A stretch of 64,000 nt of DNA from an uncultured Candidatus Saccharibacteria bacterium (GTDB taxonomy: Bacteria; Patescibacteriota; Minisyncoccia; Phycocordibacterales; DAORIS01): contig CAZXUH010000001.1 of assembly GCA_964644035.1 (NCBI GenBank), positions 195,712 through 259,711 on the forward strand, written 5' to 3'. A program made the translations under genes and the position numbers. This document shows, one piece after another, positions 19,680 through 27,252 of the stretch. A model generated the notes under the pieces. It was not told the DNA's origin. It ran no database searches and saw nothing but the letters and a program-made list of their open reading frames with translations. How positions within the stretch are numbered: position 1 is the stretch's first letter; the number at the start of each line of letters is the position of its first letter.

Positions 19680-20111
19680 ATGGAAACAGTTGGGGATTTA
19701 GAATTCTGGTTCCACAACAGGTTTTGGCTACTTGTTCTTGTTATCACTCTCATCATTCTGACAATAAGAATGACCTTCTACAAACATTCACGGTCACAAA
19801 AAGCTTGGATGTTTGTAGCTATGCTGATCTTGATTCTTGGATCAGTAGCACTTTCGTTCAGTGTAGGTCGCGGTAGAATCGGAAAACCAACAGATATTGA
19901 GTCTATGCGAGACACGGTGAAGTTCGAAGTCTTTGGTGTTGTAGAACACCAAGGGAGATATTTTACTGTTATCAAGCTGGAAGATGGTGAATACCGTTGT
20001 CTCAATTACGGTCGGAAATTTTCTCCCGGCAAATACAGATATGATTGGACTGTGCCACCGTTGGACGATGACTACGATGAAGATTTTGAGATAGGTACAA
20101 CAGGCAAGTAA
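19680..20111 (+). CDS. Hypothetical membrane protein (2 TM)
   Basis: SD AGGAGG, two hydrophobic helices, acidic tail, terminator follows. Confidence 0.75.
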   Translation: METVGDLEFWFHNRFWLLVLVITLIILTIRMTFYKHSRSQKAWMFVAMLILILGSVALSFSVGRGRIGKPTDIESMRDTVKFEVFGVVEHQGRYFTVIKLEDGEYRCLNYGRKFSPGKYRYDWTVPPLDDDYDEDFEIGTTGK

Positions 20112-20122
20112 ATATTCTCAGA

Positions 20123-20155
20123 CCCCGAACCGAAAGGAACGGGGTTTTATTTTTA
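20123..20155 (+). terminator. Terminator hairpin, identical to 20904-20936
   Basis: CCCCGAACCGAAAGGAACGGGGTTTTATTTTTA (33 bp exact duplicate). Confidence 0.8.
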
Positions 20156-20182
20156 GTTAAAAAAGACCCCTCAACACGAGTT

Positions 20183-20217
20183 GAAGGGTGGTGGTACGAT
20201 AGAGTCTAGGATTTAGG
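20183..20217. repeat. Inter-cassette linker repeat, copy 3 (core only)
   Basis: GAAGGGTGGTGGTACGATAGAGTCTAGGATTTAGG. Confidence 0.7.
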
Positions 20218-20270
20218 GATTGACGGATAGGTCTTTAGATGTTACTTTCTTGATTAGAAAGGAACTGCTC

Positions 20271-20894
20271 ATGGAAATAATTAGTAAAAAGTTCTCTTAT
20301 CTTCGATGGTATAGTAGCGCAGAACGAAGTGAATTCAACACAGGAGACCTGCTCATTGATTGGAAAAACCTTTACAAAAAGTTCTTTGGTTTCGATACTG
20401 ACTTCACAGGGCTTAAAATTCCTGAGAAAAAGGATGGTTTCGATCGCCTTATCATTGTCGCCAAGGGAGCTTCCCCGGACTGTGTGTACAAGGCATGTCG
20501 GAAGCTTTTCCGGTGCTTTCGCTACACTGAAGACTTTGACGGCACAACAAGAGGTTGGAATGATCGAGAAGCAAATAATACTTATGCTATCTGGGCTAGG
20601 GATAACCCCGAAGCAGATAAACAGAACAGCAATATCTCTGCTCGTGTTCTCAAAAAACGTGGCGGTACATACATCACTCTAGCCGAGCGTATGTTGTACG
20701 AAATGAAGTACTTCTTAGAAACAGGTGAACACATGGATACAAAAGGAACTTACACTATGTGTCTTGGTTCACGTCGATCGAACGGGGACATCCCATATGT
20801 TTATCGAAATCCAACTATGTATGTAATGTACATCAACTGGTACCATTCGACCGGTCGATGTTCTGATATTCGTGCTCGTGAAGTAGTTTGCTGA
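20271..20894 (+). CDS. Hypothetical protein resembling CPR DGR target (C-type lectin-fold) proteins
   Basis: TTGACG-17-TACTTT promoter and SD GAAAGGA. C-terminus TLAER..KYFLETGEHMD..TMCLGSR..G.IP.V....INW.......IRAREVV. Confidence 0.65.
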   Translation: MEIISKKFSYLRWYSSAERSEFNTGDLLIDWKNLYKKFFGFDTDFTGLKIPEKKDGFDRLIIVAKGASPDCVYKACRKLFRCFRYTEDFDGTTRGWNDREANNTYAIWARDNPEADKQNSNISARVLKKRGGTYITLAERMLYEMKYFLETGEHMDTKGTYTMCLGSRRSNGDIPYVYRNPTMYVMYINWYHSTGRCSDIRAREVVC

Positions 20895-20903
20895 TCTTAC
20901 CCC

Positions 20904-20936
20904 CCCCGAACCGAAAGGAACGGGGTTTTATTTTTA
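20904..20936 (+). terminator. Terminator/hairpin, identical to 20123-20155
   Basis: Exact 33-bp duplicate with a GAAA loop. Confidence 0.8.
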
Positions 20937-20950
20937 TCAAATTTTGGTAT

Positions 20951-21052
20951 AAAAAAACCGGCAACACTCATTGAGCATTTCCGGATTTAACTGAGGCAAA
21001 TTGCAGGTGGCAAGGGCTAGAGATTACTAGCCGAGCAGGAAGGCACTAATTC
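20951..21052 (-). ncRNA. Putative small RNA unit 4 (~100 nt)
   Basis: TTGACA (21081-86)-16-TATATT promoter; GGCTAG/CTAGCC hairpin; CCGG..CTCA/TGAG..CCGG-T7 terminator. Confidence 0.55.
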
Positions 21053-21087
21053 CTATCTAATATAACAAAATACTAAGTATTGTCAAT

Positions 21088-21186
21088 AAAAAGACCCCTC
21101 GACAACGAGTCGAGGGGCTTCTGGCACGGCCACCAAATGGTGGGACGCGATGCAAAATCGATATGGCGCGCGATACTGTAGAGCTG
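21088..21186 (-). ncRNA. Putative small RNA unit 5 (~100 nt)
   Basis: TTGCTA (21216-21)-17-TACGCT promoter; GC-rich body; CCCCTCGAC-TCGTT-GTCGAGGGG terminator plus T-run. Confidence 0.5.
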
Positions 21187-21241
21187 TTGATTAGCGTAAC
21201 AACTTTGATACAATTTAGCAATAACAACATAATATAAAAAT

Positions 21242-21820
21242 ATGGATCTCAATCAGATGCAAAAGCCGGAACAGTATCGTGGCAATCAATCATGGATACT
21301 CAAATGGTCACTTATCATCGCATTGGTCATCGTTCTCAACCTTTTCTTCAACTACGCACTCTCTCTTGTCTATCCAGCTCCAAAATACGAAGCATATTGT
21401 CCTACGGAGCAGGTAATCAATCCTCCTACCACCAGCGCTAAGTGTGTAGAAGTAGGCGGACAGTGGACTCAAAATACATATCCAAAAGTAGATTCAAACG
21501 GTGAAGTAATCGCTCCTCAAGTGCAAGGTTACTGCAATCCTACATTTACCTGTCAGAAAGACTACGATGCGGTCAGAAAGGTATATGAAAGAAATGTATT
21601 TGTGATTCTTGTCGTACTAGGCGTTGTCTCAATCGCTGTCGGTATGATGCTCAAGGCAGTAGATGTTGTTTCTATTGGATTGTCATTTGGTGGTGTCATC
21701 TCTCTTATTATTGCTTCAATGAGATATTGGTCTGAAGCAGAAAATATTCTCAAGGTTATTATTCTTGGTGTTGCTCTGGTAGTGCTCATCTGGCTTGGAA
21801 TCAAGAGATTCAAGAACTAA
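21242..21820 (+). CDS. Membrane protein (4 TM, Cys-containing extracellular loop)
   Basis: Hydrophobic segments plus a C...CVEVGGQW...C...C loop. Confidence 0.85.
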   Translation: MDLNQMQKPEQYRGNQSWILKWSLIIALVIVLNLFFNYALSLVYPAPKYEAYCPTEQVINPPTTSAKCVEVGGQWTQNTYPKVDSNGEVIAPQVQGYCNPTFTCQKDYDAVRKVYERNVFVILVVLGVVSIAVGMMLKAVDVVSIGLSFGGVISLIIASMRYWSEAENILKVIILGVALVVLIWLGIKRFKN

Positions 21821-21884
21821 ATAGACTAGTAGGTAATTAAATCAGTGAAAAACACTTTCTAGAAATAGAAGGTGTTTTTTATAA

Positions 21885-22135
21885 ATAAAAACCCTCAGAC
21901 ATTGTAGTATCTGAGGGTTGGAAGCTACCATGCTTTCGCATCCAGATTTTCCGCGCCAAAGGGAGTGGCGCTGTTTCGAGCAGATGCTTTCTCGACTAAT
22001 GCCCGCACCAAAACAGGCAAACTCAATAAGCAATGGCTTTTCAAGGGCAACGTAGGTAGAGGAGACTGATTACGGTTCCTTCACACGCTTTCCAGCGGTG
22101 GCTCCGAGCTCGAAACACTAACAACGAACCAGTTC
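21885..22135 (-). ncRNA. Putative structured RNA unit 6 (~250 nt)
   Basis: TTGACA (22165-70)-17-TAGATT promoter; 10-bp long-range helix, GNRA-capped hairpins, strong terminator; no credible ORF. Confidence 0.6.
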
Positions 22136-22205
22136 AGGATTAATCTATTATTCAATATACATATTGTCAATATCCTAAAAAAATATATGATGTATAACTA
22201 CCTGT

Positions 22206-24839
22206 ATGAAACCCTACGATCATAAAAAAATCGAGAAGAAATGGCCAACCTTCGTTAAAGCTACGGCTGGCAAGCAGAAAGAATACAATCACAAAATCAT
22301 TGAACCTAAGTGGCAAAAAAAATGGGAAAAACAGAAACTCAATAGGGCATCAGACACCTCCAAACAACCGAAGTTCTATGCATTGGATATGTTCCCCTAT
22401 CCTTCAGGAGAAGGACTTCATGTAGGGCATCCTAAAGGCTATATAGCGACAGATATAGTATCTCGTATGAAGAAGATGCAAGGTTTCAATATCTTACATC
22501 CAATGGGTTTTGATGCGTTTGGATTGCCAGCTGAAAATTACGCAATTAAGACTAAAACAAATCCTCAAATAGCCGTTAAAAAGAATATTAAACACTACAA
22601 AGATCAATTAAGTGTTTTGGGATTTAACTATGATTGGTCAAGAGAAATAAATACAACTGATCCTAAATACTACAAATGGACTCAGTGGATATTTTTACAA
22701 TTACTAAAGCAGGGTAATGCTTATGAATCTTATGAAGAAATAGATTGGTGTCCAAAAGATAAAACAGGATTAGCCAAAGAGGATATAGAAAACGGTAAGT
22801 GTGAGCGTTGTGGGACACCAATTGAAAAGAAACTCCTTAAACAGTGGGTGTTGAAAATTACTGATTATGCTGAACGCCTACTTACCGATCTTGATGTAAA
22901 AGATAAGGACGGTAAATATCTTATTGATTGGCCTGAGTCAATAAAAGAGTCTCAAAGAAATTGGATTGGAAAAAGCGAAGGATCTCAAATTGATTTTGCT
23001 TTAAACTTTATTAAAGATCCTTCAGTAAATAAAAATAAAGGTCCTGACGGGAAAGCTGCTCATATTTCAGTATTTACTACACGAGCAGACACACTTTTTG
23101 GTGTTACATATCTTGTATTAGCTCCAGAACATTTGTGGGTAAAATTAGCAACCGATGATACTCATAATGTTCTTGAAAATAAGGAGGAAGTTAAAAAATA
23201 TATTGAAAGCATAAAAAATAAAACTGAAATTGAGAGAACTACGGATAGCAAAGAGAAGACTGGGGTTGAGTTAAAGGGTGTAAAAGCAATAAATCCAGTA
23301 AATGGGGAAGAAATTCCTATGTTTGTTGCTGATTATGTATTAGCCAATTATGGTACGGGTGCAGTTATGGCTGTTCCAGCTCACGATGAAAGAGATTTTC
23401 AATTTGCTAAAAAATATAATCTTGATATTAAACCTGTAATTAGAGCTGAAGATCAAACAATATTACTTAATAATTCTGACCAGCATCTAATTAATACTCT
23501 TAATAAAGAGAATGCGATTTATTCTCCTGCGATGTCCGCAGTTTCTACTGGTTACAAACAACAACCTACTACAGGATATGGAATACTGATGAATTCTTCA
23601 AAATTTGATGGATTGGATTCAGAAAAAGCTAAGAAAGAAATTACTGAATTTGCTGGTGGAAAGATGGTAACAAAATATAAACTTCGCGATTGGGTATTTT
23701 CTCGTCAGAGATACTGGGGAGAACCTATACCAGTAATTCATTGTGAAAAGTGTGGAATCGTACCAGTTCCTGAAAAAGATTTGCCTGTGTTACTTCCTAA
23801 AGTTAAATATTACGAACCAACAGGAACAGGAGAATCTCCACTTGCAGCAATAGAAAAGTGGGTAAATGTTAAGTGTCCAAAATGTAAAGGTAAAGCTAAG
23901 AGGGAAACAAACACCATGCCTCAATGGGCAGGTTCTTCTTGGTATTATTTAAGATATATTGATCCAAAAAACAAGAAAGCACTTGTTGATCCTAAAAAGG
24001 AGAAAGAAATGATGCCAGTAGATTTGTATGTGGGTGGAGCAGAACATGCAACTCGCCATCTTATTTACGCACGATTTTGGCATAAATTTTTATTTGATAT
24101 TGGGGTTGTGTCGGGAGTCGAACCGTTTAAAAAACTTCAGAGTGTCGGATTGATCCTAGCCAAAGATGGTCAGAAAATGAGCAAACGGTGGGGTAATGTA
24201 GTTAATCCCGATGAAGTAGTCTCATTATATGGGGCAGATTCTCTTAGACTTTACGAAATGTTTATGGGACCTTTCGATCAGCCAATTGCTTGGGATACAA
24301 ATAATATAATTGGTGTAAGGAGATTCTTGGAAAAGATTTGGAGACTTTCAGAAAAAATAGAAAATAAACCTGCCGATGAAGTACTCGAAACTTCGCTTCA
24401 AAAGGCAATTAAAAAAGTATCGGCCGATATTGAATCAATGCAATTCAATACTGCAGTTTCGACACTCATGATCTTTTCTAATGATTTAGAAAAAGCAGCT
24501 TTTGTACCCAAAGCTACCTATCAAACTCTCTTGCAGCTTTTGGCGCCGTTTGCACCCCATATTGCCGACGAATTGTGGTCAAAATTGGGTCATAAGAAGT
24601 CTATCCATATCGAGTCTTGGCCTCAATTTGACCCAACAAAGGTCGTGGAGAGTCAAATGAAGATAATCATTCAGATCAATGGCAAGGTCAGGGGAGACGT
24701 AACCGTTGCAGTCAATATCTCTGAGCAGGATATCAAAAATATGGCTCTAGGTATGGATTTTGTGAAGAAATGGGTAGAGGGGCAGGAGATTAAAAAGGTC
24801 ATTTATATCAAGGATAGGCTCATAAACATTGTGGTCTAA
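22206..24839 (+). CDS. leuS: Leucine--tRNA ligase
   Basis: MFPYPSGEGLHVGH, FSRQRYWGEPIP and KMSK motifs; editing domain GTGAVMAVPAHD. Confidence 0.98.
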   Translation: MKPYDHKKIEKKWPTFVKATAGKQKEYNHKIIEPKWQKKWEKQKLNRASDTSKQPKFYALDMFPYPSGEGLHVGHPKGYIATDIVSRMKKMQGFNILHPMGFDAFGLPAENYAIKTKTNPQIAVKKNIKHYKDQLSVLGFNYDWSREINTTDPKYYKWTQWIFLQLLKQGNAYESYEEIDWCPKDKTGLAKEDIENGKCERCGTPIEKKLLKQWVLKITDYAERLLTDLDVKDKDGKYLIDWPESIKESQRNWIGKSEGSQIDFALNFIKDPSVNKNKGPDGKAAHISVFTTRADTLFGVTYLVLAPEHLWVKLATDDTHNVLENKEEVKKYIESIKNKTEIERTTDSKEKTGVELKGVKAINPVNGEEIPMFVADYVLANYGTGAVMAVPAHDERDFQFAKKYNLDIKPVIRAEDQTILLNNSDQHLINTLNKENAIYSPAMSAVSTGYKQQPTTGYGILMNSSKFDGLDSEKAKKEITEFAGGKMVTKYKLRDWVFSRQRYWGEPIPVIHCEKCGIVPVPEKDLPVLLPKVKYYEPTGTGESPLAAIEKWVNVKCPKCKGKAKRETNTMPQWAGSSWYYLRYIDPKNKKALVDPKKEKEMMPVDLYVGGAEHATRHLIYARFWHKFLFDIGVVSGVEPFKKLQSVGLILAKDGQKMSKRWGNVVNPDEVVSLYGADSLRLYEMFMGPFDQPIAWDTNNIIGVRRFLEKIWRLSEKIENKPADEVLETSLQKAIKKVSADIESMQFNTAVSTLMIFSNDLEKAAFVPKATYQTLLQLLAPFAPHIADELWSKLGHKKSIHIESWPQFDPTKVVESQMKIIIQINGKVRGDVTVAVNISEQDIKNMALGMDFVKKWVEGQEIKKVIYIKDRLINIVV
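22245..22275 (+). repeat. 31-bp REP-like hairpin element, copy 3 (in frame in leuS, encoding PTFVKATAGK)
   Basis: CCAACC-TTCG-TTAAAGC-TAC-GGCTGG-CAAGC. Confidence 0.85.
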
Positions 24840-24919
24840 TGTGTGTTGTAATGAGAAAATTTGACATTTTTCCTTGTTTATAGTAAATATAATAGTAAGT
24901 TTATTAAACAATAACCTTC

Positions 24920-25957
24920 ATGAGCACCAGCGCTATATCATTTAAGCCAAAACAGGTCACGAAGAAGCTTCTTTCAGTACTCCCAGTTCGCGCTCGCGAC
25001 GTTATTGTTTCGCGATATGGTCTCGGAAAAGAGACTGAAAAAATGACTCTTGATGCCATCGGCAAGCGCTACGGTATCACTCGTGAACGCGTTCGCCAGA
25101 TTGAAAACTATGCTATTACCAATATCAGAAAGGCCAAGGAATTTGCAGAAGTAGAACCTATTTTTAGAGAACTTGAAGCTGCTATTAAAAAGCTCGGCGG
25201 AATTATTACAGAAGAAGATCTTCTTGGTCATGTCAGCAAGGATAAGGCGACTCAGAACCATATCAACCTCCTTTTGGTACTCGGTCATTCTTTCAAGCGT
25301 ATGCGCGAAGACGATCATTTCAAGCATCGTTGGCACATCGATGACAGTCTTTCAGAAAAGATTCATCAGTCACTCCACAAGCTCTACGAAGGTCTCTCGG
25401 ATGACGATCTTATTGCAGAACCAGATATTCTCAAGCGTTTCCTCGAACACGTAAAAGAAGTTTCAGAAGAATATCGACAGGAAGAAATCCTTCACCGATG
25501 GCTCCGAATCTCAAAGAAGATCGGTAAAAACCCTCTTGGCGAATGGGGAGTAGCACATTCTCCAAACGTTCACGCAAAAGGCATGCGAGATTATGCATTC
25601 CTTGTGATCCGCAAACATGGTTCACCAATACATTTCACCGAAGTAGCCAAGAAGATCACTCAGATTTTTGGAAAGAAAGCACACGTTGCAACTACACACA
25701 ATGAACTTATCAAGGATCCTCGTTTTGTCCTCGTTGGTCGTGGTCTCTATGCGCTCAAGGAATGGGGTTATCTCTCGGGTGTCGTCAAAGATGTCATTAA
25801 GAAAGTGCTCAATGAACACGGACCTCTTACAAAAGATCAGATTATTGAAAAAGTTCTCAAAGAGAGATATGTAAAAGAAAATACCATCCTCGTAAACCTC
25901 CAGAATCAGAAGTTTTTCAAGAAAGATAAGGAAGGTAAGTACTCATCGGTAGCATAA
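24920..25957 (+). CDS. Sigma-70 region 4-like HTH protein with C-terminal winged-helix (HARE-HTH/delta-like) domain
   Basis: RYGL...TLDAIGKRYGITRERVRQIE and THNELIKDPRFVLVGRGLYALKEW motifs. Confidence 0.8.
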   Translation: MSTSAISFKPKQVTKKLLSVLPVRARDVIVSRYGLGKETEKMTLDAIGKRYGITRERVRQIENYAITNIRKAKEFAEVEPIFRELEAAIKKLGGIITEEDLLGHVSKDKATQNHINLLLVLGHSFKRMREDDHFKHRWHIDDSLSEKIHQSLHKLYEGLSDDDLIAEPDILKRFLEHVKEVSEEYRQEEILHRWLRISKKIGKNPLGEWGVAHSPNVHAKGMRDYAFLVIRKHGSPIHFTEVAKKITQIFGKKAHVATTHNELIKDPRFVLVGRGLYALKEWGYLSGVVKDVIKKVLNEHGPLTKDQIIEKVLKERYVKENTILVNLQNQKFFKKDKEGKYSSVA

Positions 25958-26026
25958 AGATACTACAAACGAAGTCATCAACACCCTGCTCTTAGTAAAG
26001 ACAGGGTGTTGTGCTATCATATTTCC

Positions 26027-27235
26027 ATGGCTGACTATTTTAGATATCTCGGCAAGATGTTCTCTATTCTTTGGGATTTTTCTCCGATCTGGCTACCATT
26101 AGTAACCGGTTTTATTGCCTGGGAACTCTGGCTCGACTATATTAGGGGAGTATTTGCCGGTTCAAAACCCAGAATTCTCTTGGAGATTCTATTACCTCAG
26201 GAAATCAACAAATCGCCGGCTGCAATGGAACTTGTCCTTACCTCACTGTTCATGACTTCCCGTGAATCGACATTTATTGACCGAAATCTCAAAGGTCAAT
26301 CAAGACCAGTCTTTTCACTCGAAATTGCTTCGATAGAGGGCAAGGTTCATTTTTATATATATACGGAAAAAGATTTTAAAAATATTATTGAATCACAAAT
26401 CTACTCTCAGTTTCCAAATATCGAAGTCAGGGAAGTGCAGGATTATACAAAAGGTTTTGTCTATCAACCAGGGGTCAATCAGATGTTTGGCAGCGAATTT
26501 ATAAAACTTGCTGTCGATGCCTTGCCGATTAAAACCTATGTGGCATATGGATTGGACAGAGATCCTAAAGAAGAGTTTAAAATCGATCCAATGACCCCTA
26601 CACTCGAATATATGGGTTCGCTTGGTCAGGGTGAGCAGCTCTGGCTACAGCTCATTATCCGAGCACATAAGGACGAAAAAATTGAATACGTGGATGGAAA
26701 AAGAAAGAAGGTTGGCTGGGCCTTCTATGCCGAAAAAGAGAAGAAGAAAAGGTTTGATGCTCTTAAAGACAAGGCTAATCCGACTGGCCCAGCTCGGCGC
26801 ATGACCAAGAGTGAAGAAGAAGTTATTGCTGCTATTGATCGTAGTGTTTCAAAATTGCCTTTTGATGTTGGAATCAGAGCTATCTATTTTGCGCAGCCTG
26901 CAAGTAGTTTTGTCGGGGTAAACAGAGCTGGTCTTGTTGGTACTATCAGGCAATACAATTCCCCAAACATGAATGGCTTCAAACCAAGCAATGCTACTAG
27001 CTTTGACTATCCGTGGATGGATTTCAGAGATTGGCGCATGAATAAATACAAGACCAAAATGATGCATTCGTTTAGGCAGCGAGCATTCTTTCATTTGGGT
27101 GATAGGAAATCGATTGTTATGAATACTGAAGAAATCGCAACCATGTTTCATTTCCCTGGAGGCGTCGCAGCAACACCTACGTTTGCTCGTATTATGTCAA
27201 AGAAATCTCAAGCTCCAGCCAATCTTCCTATATAA
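26027..27235 (+). CDS. Conserved hypothetical membrane-anchored protein
   Basis: N-terminal TM; FSLEIAS, IYSQFP..E.EV.DY, EEIATMFHFP and P.NLP pattern typical of CPR proteins. Confidence 0.8.
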   Translation: MADYFRYLGKMFSILWDFSPIWLPLVTGFIAWELWLDYIRGVFAGSKPRILLEILLPQEINKSPAAMELVLTSLFMTSRESTFIDRNLKGQSRPVFSLEIASIEGKVHFYIYTEKDFKNIIESQIYSQFPNIEVREVQDYTKGFVYQPGVNQMFGSEFIKLAVDALPIKTYVAYGLDRDPKEEFKIDPMTPTLEYMGSLGQGEQLWLQLIIRAHKDEKIEYVDGKRKKVGWAFYAEKEKKKRFDALKDKANPTGPARRMTKSEEEVIAAIDRSVSKLPFDVGIRAIYFAQPASSFVGVNRAGLVGTIRQYNSPNMNGFKPSNATSFDYPWMDFRDWRMNKYKTKMMHSFRQRAFFHLGDRKSIVMNTEEIATMFHFPGGVAATPTFARIMSKKSQAPANLPI

Positions 27236-27252
27236 TACTGATACTTACCGAT

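Noticed and set aside
21842-22033. 63-aa minus-strand ORF from the track
   Set aside because: TTG start without an SD, runs through the terminator, and the region is better explained by RNA structure.
18478-22170. CRISPR array
   Set aside because: The linker copies are imperfect, few and irregularly spaced; the units carry their own promoters and terminators; no cas genes in the window.
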